The notes under the pieces were generated by a model. It was not told where the DNA came from, did no database searches, and worked only from the letters and a program-made list of their open reading frames with translations. A DNA stretch of 63,865 bases from Octopus bimaculoides (taxonomy: Eukaryota), in NCBI RefSeq assembly GCF_001194135.2, contig NC_068987.1:8555218-8619082 (forward strand), in the 5' to 3' direction. Made by a program: the position numbers and the translations under genes. Shown in pieces: positions 50,401-63,596 of this stretch. The stretch's first letter is position 1. Every line of letters begins with the position of its first letter.

Positions 50401-51343
50401 AGAAGATAGATTTTAACTTTTGGCACAAGGCTAGCAATTTCAGGGAGGGGGAGTAAGTATATTAGATTGACCCCAGTGGTCAACTGGTAGTTATTTTATT
50501 GACCCCCTAAAGGTCGAAAGGAAAAGTCAACCTCAGCGGAATTTGAACTCAAACATAAAGATGGGTGAAATACTGTTTGCCCAGCGTGCTAATAATTCTG
50601 CCAGCTCACCACCTTACTGGAATAGAACACAGATAGTAAATGTATATGGCATTGGAAGATGTTGAAAGGAGGAGGAGGTTTGCTGGTGTTCAATGTGAGG
50701 AGAGTTAGAGGCATGAGACATTCTGAATTGCAAGGCAGTGGTTTAGAATGAACTAAAATGTTGATGGGGGGGAAAAGCGTATTTGAAATGATAATAGCAT
50801 AATTTCCTTAATTGACAATGAGATGGATGATAGTGAAGTGGTGGGATTCTTCTAACCCATACAGGTATGGAAAATGGATGGAGAAATAATAAGGATTATA
50901 AATGACTTGATTAACCTAATTTTTTTTTGTCAGATTATTAGAACATAGTTAAAATGTATACAAAAATTTTAAGTTTTCAAGAGGACAGATTTGTCACATT
51001 AATAGTACTATAATTTTCATAAGTATAATTTCTATTCTAAACAAAGTACTAACGAGTCAAACTGAACCAGGATCATATGAAGGTCATATAATTTGTCACA
51101 GAAATACACTATGAATGCTTTAATCTTTAAACATATACACAGATTTAGAAATACAATTGGAAATTGTGGTGTATAAAGTGCAGGCATGGCTATGAGGTTA
51201 AGAAATTTACTTCTCAACCACATGGCCTTTGGTTCAATCCCACTACACATCACCTTGAACAAGTGACTTCTCTGTAGACTGGAGTTGACTAATGCCTTGT
51301 GAGTGAATTTGGTAGATGACAATTCTATGAAGTCCAATGTGCA

Positions 51344-51376
<33 letters not shown>

Positions 51377-52242
51377 ACACATATGTGTATATGTGTGTGC
51401 ACATGTTTGTGTCTGTGTGAAGGCTTACATTCTGTGCTTTAACTACAAATGGTGAATTTTGATAATTTTCTGTGAATGAATCATTTACTAGCTCTGCGCT
51501 TTGAAAGAAGTGTGGAATAAAACAGGAAAGGATTAGCAAGAAGAAGAACAACCAACTGTAAAACAATGCCTCAGTGTGTTCATCTAGCACAGAAAAATGG
51601 ACATAAAAATGAACAAATATATTTATTTGAATGTAGGAAAGAGAGAACTATGCTTATATGAACTTCCCTGAAACTTTTAAATTTAAAGTCAAAGCTACAA
51701 ACCTGCCAGTAAAAACAGTTATCTTGGAATACAATAAAATAAGTATTAATTAAAGCATATTCTTGAAAACAGAATTTAGCAATAACACGTTAAAGACATT
51801 ATATGATAGTCACGTTAACATTTTCGAAATCTTATGTACAATACAAGATTTAAATATTAGAAAAAAAAAGTATTTAAAAAAAAAGAATTGTAATGAAATT
51901 TGAAGAATCTACAATTTCTAAAAGTCTGATTATTTCTATAATTGTGAAGTAGAGGAAAACTTGCTAATAAGAAGAATAAGATTACAAGTAACAATAGCTT
52001 GCTGAAGTTGTAAAAATTGCAGTTGAAATTTTAGAATATCCTGAGTCCATGCAAGACACAGGGAGATTGCAGAAATTTAAGTGCAGAGCATGGTGCTAAG
52101 ATGTAATATTTAAAGGAACTGCACACACATACAAAAAGGAAAATTATTTTGTGGTTTAATTTTAAAATAAATTTAAAAAAAAAACATTTAAAAATAATTT
52201 TAAAAAATGTTTCAGGAGGATTTTTTATTTATTTTTTATTAC

Positions 52243-52360
52243 CTGCCGATGAATCGTTTGAAACCTTTCCATCTGCCACTGTCTGTGTGGTGTAATCTAT
52301 TGTGAACATTTCCATGGCGCCCAATGACATCTTCATCGTCTGTTGCAATTTCTGATTGTG
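52243..52360 (-). CDS. PPFIBP: Liprin-beta, most 5' exon found (linker)
   Basis: TTTTCTGCAG|CA CAA TCA ... GGC AG|GTAATA; QSEIATDDEDVIGRH...WKGFKRFIG(R) matches the liprin-beta ..GI.KLFG(K/R)L.RS motif; phase 2 joins the next exon. Confidence 0.8.
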
Positions 52361-52368
52361 CTGCAGAA

Positions 52369-52399
<31 letters not shown>

Positions 52400-52599
52400 G
52401 TAATAATAATAATGGTGATGATGATGATGATGATGATGTTGATAATGATGGTTGCAAAATTTGGCACAATGCCAACAAGTTGTGGGGGAGGGGCTGAGTC
52501 GATCAGGTTGACCCGCATGCTCAACTGGACCTTATTTTATCAACTCTGAAAAGATGAAAAGCAAAGTTGACCTCAGAACACAAAGTCAAATGAAATACC

Positions 52600-52641
<42 letters not shown>

Positions 52642-52699
52642 CCTTTCTACTATAGGCACAAGGCCTGGAATTTGTGGGGAGTCGGACTGGTGCTCCTTT

Positions 52700-53045
52700 G
52701 ACTTACAAATAGTCAAGAAGGAAGACGAAAAGATAGATAAATACAACCCTCTTAATTACAAAATAGCTCGGCTTTCGAAAATGAAGAAGGTGATGATAGT
52801 GTCAATTATTGTTGGGTCCTTGGGAACAATACCAGAAGGCATCAAGGGGAGTATAAAGGAAATTGGAAGAGAGTGCCCAGTAGAACTGTTACAAAAGGTT
52901 TGCCTCCTTGGCACGGCCAGAATATTCAGGAAAGTGTTAGATAGCAGAAAAGAAAGGGTAGCATGGGTACCGTAGGCTGCAGGTAGCAAGCTCCCTACGC
53001 ATGTAAGACTCCAGGAACTCCAACAAAACCTGTGATAAAGAGATA
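52700..53045 (+). mobile_element. R4/Dong-like element 3' end with UTR
   Basis: KKVMIVSIIVGSLGTIP...VELLQKVCLLGTARIFRKVL C-terminal motif; ends GATAAAGAG followed by (ATA)n. Confidence 0.85.
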
Positions 53046-53477
53046 ATAATAATAATAATTCTTTCTACTACAGGCAAAAGGCCTGAAATTTTTTTTTTTT
53101 TTTTTTTGGCAGGGGAGGTTTAAGTTGTTTATATCAACCCTAGTACTCAACTTGCCCTTAATTTATCAACCCTGAAAGGAAGGAAGGCAAAGTCGACCTT
53201 GGCAAAATTTGAACACAGAATGTAGCGACAGCCAAAATACTGTCAAGCATTTTGCCTGGTGTGATACCGATTCTGCCAGCTTGCNNNNNNNNNNNNNNNN
53301 NNNNNNNNNNNNNNNNNNNNNNNNNNNNNNNNNNNNNNNNNNNNNNNNNNNNNNNNNNNNNNNNNNNNNNNNNNNNNNNNNNNNNNNNNNNNNNNNNNNN
53401 NNNNNNNNNNNNNNNNNNNNNNNNNNNNNNNNNNNNNNNNNNNNNNNNNNNNNNNNNNNNNNNNNNNNNNNNNNNNN

Positions 53478-53542
<65 letters not shown>

Positions 53543-55599
53543 TACACAAACATGCATACAATCATTCATTTATGCTAGGATGCTTTCAATCTTAAGAGTG
53601 TTGGCAAGAAATAATAAATGTGCTAGTTTTCTTTGCATGGAATAAAATATTAGCAATTTGCAGCTTCTCTATACAACATAGTAGTAGTCAACATAATAAT
53701 CATTGTATAACACAACTTAGTAATAGTATTATAAAACTATGTGTATTATTCCAACCAGATATCACTAAATATTGTAGAGTGTTTTTATCTCGCAATATGG
53801 TAAGGGGTTGAAACTATAAGAAATAAACAACCAACAGATACATTAGGATATATATATATATATATATATATATGCAAGTGTGTATGTATATACAATACTA
53901 TGTGTGTATATACACACACATATATGCAATGCAGGTATCTATGAATGAATATATATTGTGTACATACATGTATATTATGTATGTGCATGTTTCACTATAT
54001 ATCTATATATATATATACATGATATATATATATATATAAACATACACACATGTTAACAAACAACACTAAGTGTATTTTAAAAGATTTCAATGTTTGTAAA
54101 AAATAATATCACCAAATGTTAATAATAATAATAATAATAAAGTAAAAATGAGATAAATTTCATAATATATAATATATCACTAAACACTATGTATAACAGA
54201 GAAATGTGACCCAAAATAGCTAAATAAGAAAGAAGAAAATAGAAGGTTTACTAAGAGGAAAATACAAATTAGATGAAAAAAAAAAGAAAAAGGAAGGAAG
54301 AAAAATCTTTTGGAAAATAAAAATAAAATTCAAACTTTTAGAGTAGAAGATATAAATCCAGTGAAAATTTACAGATATTTAGATCAGGAAAGTAGAAAAA
54401 ATAAATAAATAAAAGGAAAAAAATGGAGAAAAGAATGTTTCCCTTCGACCATAACAAAAAAACGAATAAATAAAAAAAAACTTTAAGAAAACACAAACAA
54501 ACAAACAGAGAACTGAGAGAGTGTAAAAATAAATTTGAGAAAGAAAACATGCTTCTAGATATCATCAAAAGAAGAATATATATACTCAGCAGTTAAAATG
54601 CATTTGGAAAAAGGAAGAAAAAATGTCAGAGCTTTCAATAGATGAAATGTTTCCTATTTGTTCGAAAAAATTTTAGTTAATATAAACAGGAAAAGAAAAA
54701 AAAAAAATCTGTACTATTTATTGATTGAAGCAAATACACAGGCATTGTAAACTTACGGCAGGTAGAAAGAAGTCTAAAGCAACATGGCCATCACCACCAA
54801 CATTAGGTATTGGAGAATTTACTAATCAGTCAAGAATTCTGTCCAAGTTACCTTCCAAAGTACACTACTGTGACTGGGCTACAGATACAATTTTACCACC
54901 GTGGGACTGCATCTGTGGTCAAGTTGCAGAAGTACAGTGAAACTTCCCAAAGCATTCTATAGAATTATCCCAAAGCATTCTGTAGGATTAGAATGCCAAA
55001 CAGAAGAAAAGTCTACATGGTATATAGAAGAGAAAAAAAAATTAAAGAAAAAAAACCCCATCTTTCTTTTATTTAAAAGCTTTAAATTTATAGACACATG
55101 CATGACTGTGTGGTTAAGAAGCTTGCTTGGCACCCATGTGGTTTTGGGTTCAGTCTCACTTTGCAGCACCTTGGGTGTCTTGTCTTAGAGCTCTGGGCCA
55201 ACTAACACTTTGAGAGTGAATTTGGTGGATGGCAACTGTGTGAAATCCTACTATGTATGTATATATGTGTATGTGCGTATATATGTATATAGGTGTGTAT
55301 GTGTGTGTGTGTGCGTACGGTCCTTCCCCACCATTGGCAACTCATGTTGATTTGTTTATGTCCCTGTATCTTAGTGATTGCTAAACCCTTCAAGACAATG
55401 TCCCAGCTTGGCCACAGTACAATGACCGTAACAAGTAAAAGACAAAAGATATACAAGTACACACACATTGGTTACTAAGTCCATGCAAGTGGTATGACTG
55501 ACACAAGCAGTTTTACTTGCTAATTTGATTTTGATAACTGACAATTCTTTAATTCAGTTTTTGTACCTATCTTCATCTATGGTCATGAATGATGAGTAA

Positions 55600-55950
55600 T
55601 GACAAAAAGGGATTGACTATTGAGGATAGCGGATACATGTGGTTGAAATGGGATTCCTCAGAAGAGTCTCTGGGGTAATACGCTACTTGAGAAGGTGTAT
55701 AGCTCAGTGAGTCTCTCCAAGCCAAACCGATACTTCTCTGCAATGAGCGGTCACAGCTCCTACAGATGTGATTAGAACACAAGAAAGGATAGCAAGATAG
55801 ATTCCTCAAGCCAAGCCAATCAGCAAAAGACCTAGACCAAGAATGAGATGGCTGGATAATAGATAACCTTAGTCCAAGATGGTCACGCTTGGGAACGGAG
55901 GAGGTGCCTGAAGACTCTACTCCCACAACCTTCTCAAGAATAGATGGTGG
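55600..55950 (+). mobile_element. Decayed RTE LINE ORF2 C-terminus
   Basis: RPRPRMRWLDN remnant; the minus-strand 141-aa ORF is its antisense shadow. Confidence 0.55.
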
Positions 55951-57143
55951 AGAAAATGAATAGATGGATAACATACAAGATTTTATAATTAGGTACATGT
56001 GTCACCTCACTTGAGAAACAACATGGTACACTAATATATAAAGATCTCACTCCGACTGTAACATACCTCAACAATTGTCTGATGTTAATACTCTGAATTC
56101 TCTGCCTCTTTTTGAGTTCTAAGCTGTGTGAAGTACATGTACTTACATTGATATTTAGATTAAGTAGAAGTGAATCTAGATACTGATATTAATTTACACG
56201 AGCTTCAAGTTTTCCTCTGGATTATCATTGAAGTGAATATGAGACATCGAGTATTTTATCATAACAGGATTTACTGGGATATATTAAACCCCAATAAATA
56301 TATTACATGATCAACTTTCCTGTAGATTAGTTTGGTTTGGAAAGTTTCAAAACAACTTAGTTTTTATTAAAAGGTAGATGCTATTGCAGCTATTCCTGTC
56401 ATCCCATCTGATACCACATTTTGCATGTACATGGCTCGTAATAAACATTAACTGGCTGATGCCAGTACTGCCTGACTGGCCTTCGTGCCGGTGGCACGTA
56501 AAAGCACCCACTACACTCTCTGAGTGGTTGGCGATAGAAAGGGCATCCAACTTTAGAAACTCTGCCAAATCAGATTGGAGCCTGGTGCAGCCATCTGGTT
56601 CTCCAGTCCTCAGTCAAATCGTCCAACCCATGCTAACATGGAAGGCGGACGTTAAACGATGATGATGATGATCACCATCATCATCATCAAAATAGAAGGA
56701 AGAGTACAAATTTATTATTGATTTCCATAGTCAATACAGAATGTACAGGCTGTAGTATAAGATATTGCCTCTCGTCTTTAAGATAAAGTCTGTGGGGTTC
56801 AACACCTACATAACTAACTCTCTGCACTTCATTCTCATATTTTCTCTGACTCTCTAATTAATGTCACAGGTAAAAAATCTTTACTAAAACTCAGAGTAAC
56901 AACATTTTGTAGAGATCTAACTTGGTATTTTAGCACCACACTGTGACACCATCTGATGTCATCAAAAAATATAATAAATATGAAGGCTTTGTGCACATGC
57001 ATGCACACACACACACAATGTATAATACGCATGCACATGTATACATGTGGTCATCAATTCATGGTATAGCTTGTTTGTAGACTATGATTGCTATGAACTT
57101 CATTGAAAATAATTCCATCCATCATGATTCTGATATGCAGTTT

Positions 57144-57190
<47 letters not shown>

Positions 57191-57250
57191 TACTGTTTTG
57201 TGATGGTAAGATCAACAAAAAAAAGTATTCCATCTGGTGAGAGATAAATA

Positions 57251-57497
57251 TTATTTAATAAACACAATATATGTTTTTTTATGTGCTACTATTAGTTTCA
57301 TGTGCTGAGAACAGGTCAAACAGTGTTTTTAACATAATCATCAGACACTGCCCACATGGCATAATGAACTATGTCATATGGGCAATGTCTGATGATTGTG
57401 TTGGGACATAAGATGTGTTAAAAACACTGTTTGGCATGTTCTCAGTACATGAAACTAATATTAGCACATATAAACATATATTGTGTTTATTAAATAA
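57251..57497. repeat. Fold-back MITE-like element
   Basis: About 83-bp outer arms plus 28-bp inner arms with a 6-nt loop. Confidence 0.85.
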
Positions 57498-60400
57498 CAC
57501 ACACACGGATTTTAAGTATTATCTTGCTTTGCGCTAATTATAAAAACTGAAGCAGTATATTTCATGCAGATCATTATTATTATTATTATTACTATACGTA
57601 ACATCGTTATCAAAATTTGAAATTAAATTACATGCCATTATTTTATAACATTGCAACTAAGCAATATTTTCCTCTTTTTTTTTAAAAAAAAAAAAAAGAA
57701 AATTAATTTAAACAATGAATGAGAACAAAATCTCAGATTAATCCTAATTAACATAAACATTTTCTTTTTTTTTATGCTCAGCCTTTGCACAATTATTAGT
57801 TAAGCATAGAAAAAAATATATATTATATAGTGCTTACTAAGTTTAGCTCAAAAACATGCAAACCAATCAGATTCAAATCTTTTTGTTAGTGAGTTCCCTA
57901 TTTTTAACGAATAACTGCTTCTTGTTCATCAACATCTCTCCCACCACCACCACCATTACCTTCCACTCCCCTTATCACTATCTGTTCCCATTGTACCAGA
58001 CTTCTCCAAAACTAGATCCTTCTGGAACACCACCGACCCTTCCCACTTATCTTTGCTGAATCAAGAAGGGATATGCTATGTGGCTGCTTGACTTACCATA
58101 AATAACAGCTAAATCTCCTTTGAATCATTCCCTCACCAAACAATACATTGGATGCACATGACCGAAATACCTTTTAATCGTAGATCTTTTTGGTCAAAGT
58201 TGACCAAGGGCTAAAAGTATCTATACTCAATCTCAATCCTTAAAATAAGAAGACAAATGATGTACATTCCATTGGTCAAAAACAAAATTGTTTTTCATTC
58301 ATATCATCATCATTTTAACATCTATTTTCTAAGTTGGCATGGGTCAGATGGAAACCTATTTCCAACCCATGTCCAACCCATGCTGACATGGGTTGGATGG
58401 TTTAACAGGAATTAGCAAGTCAGAAGACTGCACCAAGCCCTGCTGTCTGCTTTGGTATGATTTCTACAGCTGGATGCTTTTCCTAATGCCATCTACTTTA
58501 CAGAGTATGGGGTGCGTTTTATATGGCACCAACTGCAGTGAGGTCACCAAGCAAGACAAGACCCCTTAACTGAGGTGGGTAGTATTGAGGAGGGACAGGA
58601 AAAAAGGAGTCTTGCATTAGAGGGGAAACCTGGCAAGCTCAGGTGGGGAGAGAGAGAGAGAAAGGAGGGAGAGAGAAAGAAAGGAGAAAAGATGGTGAAG
58701 ATGAGATGGGTAGTGGAGGCTGTTTACCCAAGTTACAGGGAGGTGTGTATACTGAAATAGACCAGGAATTGGAGAAAGTGAATGGGTGGGTGGGTTCACA
58801 AGATTGCGAAAAGTGAGCGGTAGATAAAGGGGAGGGGGATGTAATGAGTGGGCACGTGTAGAGGGAGGGGATATTAGGAGGACATTTGATAGTCTTTTGA
58901 AGTTTGTGTGTACCCAACAGGCCAATCCAAAATAATAAAGCTGCATACAAAATGTGTGCAGTGAAATAAAGCTTTGAACCTTTTAAAACTCGATTTACAG
59001 ACAGACTGTGTGGTAAGAAGTTTGCTTTCCAACTGAATATTTCTGGGTTCAGTCTCACTGTGTTGAACTTTGGGAAAGTGCCTTCTACTATAGCTTTAGG
59101 CAAACTTAAACCTTCTGAATGAATGTGATAAATTGAAAATGAAGGGAGTCTGTTGTGTGTGTGTGTGTGTCCCTTATTCCATGATCAGATGACAGATGTA
59201 AAATAATTGTCACTGTCGTATATTTGGTGTCATTCATTTCTAATATTCTGCATGAACATGTCCAACCCTGGGGAAATATTATCTTGCTTGGCACCAGAAG
59301 GGCTTCTGGCAACAGAAAATCTGTCTCAATAAGCTTTGACCCATGAAAGCATGAAAAAAAAATGAGACATAAAAAGGGTGATGATGATGATGAACTGATT
59401 GTTAGTAGTAGTAACATTTATCAATCCATCATGTATATTTTCTGTGTAGCTTTGTTGATTTATTTTCTTCTAATAAGCAATTACAAGGTCTTCAAAATTT
59501 CTTTTTCAGACACCAACTCGGTATCAAGCAGTGAAAGTAAGTTCTCTTTTCTCCACAGAAGGAATATGAAGCTTGTTAAAAAGAGATTTGACAAGTAGGA
59601 AACAGGAACACGTCTCCAGCAACAGTCAAAAGCAAAGACAGAACTATGCACAGCTTGAAATACAATCTATATTTGGGGTAGCAGTGCAGACATTCCTAAT
59701 ATGGAGCAGCATCTAGAAATATCTATTCACAGATAAAGTACGCAACTTCCTATTTACACCGTCATATCCCAGTGTAAACTGAGACAGCTCAGTTTAATAA
59801 GTTTCTGATATTTTGGCTTCATCTATAATTTGAACAGACATTAATCGGCAGTTACCTAATATAGATGATCAACAGAGAGTTCTCTAGTTCTCTTCACATC
59901 ATTTCCTTTGAGCGAGAAAGTTCCTATCAACAATTACCATTCTCATTTATATTATCAATACTTTTTACTTTTACCTCATTTGTTCTTCTCTAGAGCGTTT
60001 AATATTTTAGATCAGAACTAGCTTTTAGTTTTTTTTTTTGTTGTTTTTTTTTCTAACTTATATACTTAGCAAGCTATTCTCATGTTTCATTCTTTACAGA
60101 GCTAGAAGCCTCCCACCACTGCTTTTTTTCTCTCTTTTTTTTTTGCTGTTCTTCCTCGCTAATCTCAATAAGAAATATCATTGATGTCAGTGGATAGGTG
60201 TTACTTGACATCTATATATATACATTTTTAAGAACCATATTATTTCTACACACACTCACATATCAGATGTATTCTTCAATAATTACTTAAAAGAAACAAG
60301 CAAAAAAAAAAAAAAGATTATGAATACTAATAAGAAATCAAAGCGAGGAACTCGGTAAAAATAAATAAATACATAATAAGAAACATTCTTTGACCTATTT

Positions 60401-63400
60401 TTGTCTCCTCTCCCACATATGTATGAAACTCTTCTGCACTTTAGTATAAATTAAATTTCATGTATATGTTGAATGTTGGAAAAAACAAAACAAAAAGGTT
60501 TCAAGCGCTAACTATATAGTTTCCATACTTCAACATATAGGAAATACTTCCTGTTCCTCTATTCTCCCCAGTTATAAAACCTTCCCACACTATCATTATA
60601 ATATCAAACATATTCATCACAGAACATCCCTACTTTACTGACCCAAGTGAATCCCAATAAGCTACTAGTATCGCTCTTCCTCTCTGGATGCATTATTGTA
60701 TTACAATAGCTAAATGAATAACAGACATTGAATTTATGAATATTTCCTTGTGCTGGTAAATTAAACCCCAAAAATGTATTGGAGGATATGCAGACAAATT
60801 TTGGAGATTATAACATTTTATGGGAGGTAAAATTATTAAATTTGAGTAATTTAAAGCAGTAACATGAACAAAGCAAATTATTAATATGTAAAATATTTTC
60901 ACATCAATTAAACTTTAAAATAATTAAAAAGCTCATCATTTGTTAATTATAAAGTAAACTTTTTTCTTTTGTTTTTAGTTTTTCCTTTGTAATTTGAATT
61001 AGCTAAAAAGTATATGATTGAGAGATTTTACTTGATGTTTTAGCATCTAAGTTATTTGAAAAATAAGTGAACATTTTTACTAATATTTAATTAAAGAATA
61101 AATAAAATTAACAAAGTACTATAATTAAAGTTGTAAATACATTTGCTGCTAATTATAGCAAGACTTATTAATTACATCTTCATTTCAATAAATAAGTAAA
61201 TTACATCCAGTTAATTAATTACTTTACATTTAACTTGCAACATGACATGTTGCACCAAGCTGCGAAAAAGCAAGGTTTCTACATTTTTGGATAACTTGAG
61301 TGTAAGTTAGAGTTATAAAAATGGATTATATCATTAAGAATACATCATCATTAAGACCTGAGCAAAAATCAAAAAGATTGATTGCCAAAAGATGGAAAAA
61401 AAATTCTTTCTAAATCTCTACTGTATTTGTGTGCTGCTTTTCTATTTCGTTAATCTTAACTGAAATAGGTATTATTTCAATCAGTTTGGTGCTGAAACAG
61501 GTATAGTGCCAATCAGCTGAGATCATGCAATTTAAAAAAAATCTCTTCAATAAATAACGTATAAAAACCTTCCCTACATCTGTGGAAATTCTGTAGTGTA
61601 GAAGAGAGAGTCTTGTACACACAGAGCTGGTTTTTTTGTTTTTTTATGATAAAAATACACATTTCCAAGAAAATGGTAAAAAGGAACAAATAATTAGGAA
61701 GGATGTTAAGAAATAAAACTGAGGCATGCTCGGTTATCATCAGCAAACGAAATGGCGCTGCCAATATGGCCACATGATGCAGTTAGGCAAACCAAGGGCA
61801 GGCAGAGGCATGACTTGAGGCTTTTTCACCTAAATTGGGTGCTGAACAGCTTCTTTTACCCGTTTTCATACGCAATAAAGTTTTGCCAAGGGTAGGGAAT
61901 ACTCTTAATTTCCCCTTTTCTTCATCTTTATGACGATCTTTAGGTAACGTACCATATCCGTAGGGGTTATCTTTTTTCTTCGTTATTGGTGGTGTCTGTA
62001 TGAAAAAGAAAAAAACATATATGAATTAGTGGAGGGAAATATGGAATACACTAAAAATACTGTTTGCTTTTTAACTAGGTACAAAATCCAATTTTATAAT
62101 TAACTGATTCATAACAAAGTCAAATTATCAGAAGATATTTCATCGATTCTAACGAGCTGAAAAACAAAACTGGTCCTGGCAGATTTGAAAGTCCCACAGC
62201 AAACATCAAAAAATAGCTAATTGGCTTTTAATCATTTTTGCCAGAGTCTACGACTTTTATTAGTATGATACATGGCCTGATCCTGTGCCACATAGCACAG
62301 TATGGTATGTAACTCAATGAAGACATGATATATCTGGAGAAATGGTTAATGATATAATTCTAATAACATTTTTCAAATTGTATCAAGTAAACTTTTGCTT
62401 TTATTCTTTTTACACAATGCATAGACCAAACAAATGTCACAAATTTAAAATAATAATAATAATAATAACAATGCTAATCTCTGAAAAGCTGCCACTGCTC
62501 AGAATTATTTACAATTATAGTTTTTATATAAATTAACTTAATACTACATATTAAAGCCATTATGTTTCTCAGACCTAATTAAAATACTTATTATTGCTAA
62601 AGGTTAAAACTAGGAAAATCTATTTGCTATATATTAATATTTTGATTTTAAAACATTTAATTCATAATTCTTGGTCCAACAAAATATATTTTGCTTCGCC
62701 TATGGCTCTTCTAAGTGACTGAACTTAGCTTCTTTCAACTTGTCAATCCTTGGAATATTTTGGTTTTATTAAATTTTATGTAAATTATCTTCTTGCAAGT
62801 AAAAGAAATGTGTCTTTTCCAATTATAAATGTTTAGACATCCAGCCACATTACAAATAAAGCCATTGTACTATCAGTACTAATCTAACTTAAGGGCATTA
62901 TGTTACTATAAAATAATGCTAAATATGTTAAAGCAGTCAAGCTTAACAGTTTTGTTGCCAAACAGTTTTAATTTGTAAATAATTCCCCATGTTGGTGATA
63001 AACAAAGTTATATACATCATAACATTCACATCGTTATAGAAGCATTAAGTGGTATATTTAATTAAATAAATTAAAATTGTGATATCTGTTAATATTTAAA
63101 GTGATTCAAATTAATGATTTGATAATGAAACTTGTAAAAAGTTTTAGCTTTTACTTGGATATAAACCATGAAAATCAATTCACTTTGTATTAAAATTTTT
63201 GTTTTATTTATTTTATGTAAAATATCTTCTTAAAAGAGGAAAAAAGGATATAGTTAAGCTATATTAAACACAATCAGGAGATCAATCACTAGCTACATTT
63301 TATGAGCAACTAAATCATGGAAGAGCCATTCTAGCCATTTGATAACACACAAAGCTGTTAAACTTATCCTATCCTTACCCTCTGTATTTTCTTCTCAGTT

Positions 63401-63596
63401 ACTCTCGCTTTATGATAATAGTTTCAAATTTTGCCACAAGGGCAGTAAGTCTGAGGGAGGGGATGAGTCAATTAGATCGACCCCAGTGTTCAACTGGTAC
63501 TTATTTTATCGACCTCGAAAAGATGAAAGGCAAAGTCGACCTCAGCAGAATTTGCACTCAGAATGGAGCGATGGGCGAACTACCACTAAGCATTTT

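Noticed and set aside
25120-52360. Alternative identity as liprin-alpha or kazrin
   Set aside because: RGG.RATAG.RL.WS, NHRVMEWLR..DL.EYAPNLRGSGVHG, LEPRF and the terminal SNV match liprin-beta
55573-55998. 141-aa minus-strand ORF as a liprin exon
   Set aside because: Antisense shadow of a decayed RTE; no similarity or fitting splice sites
56068-56124. 57-nt minus-strand exon candidate (LELKKRQRIQSINIRQLL)
   Set aside because: Poor pyrimidine tract, phase 2/2 does not join the phase-1 acceptor, no homology
61236-61254. Perfect 19-nt palindrome TGCAACATG-A-CATGTTGCA as a p53 or RFX site
   Set aside because: CATG spacing and orientation fit neither consensus; isolated
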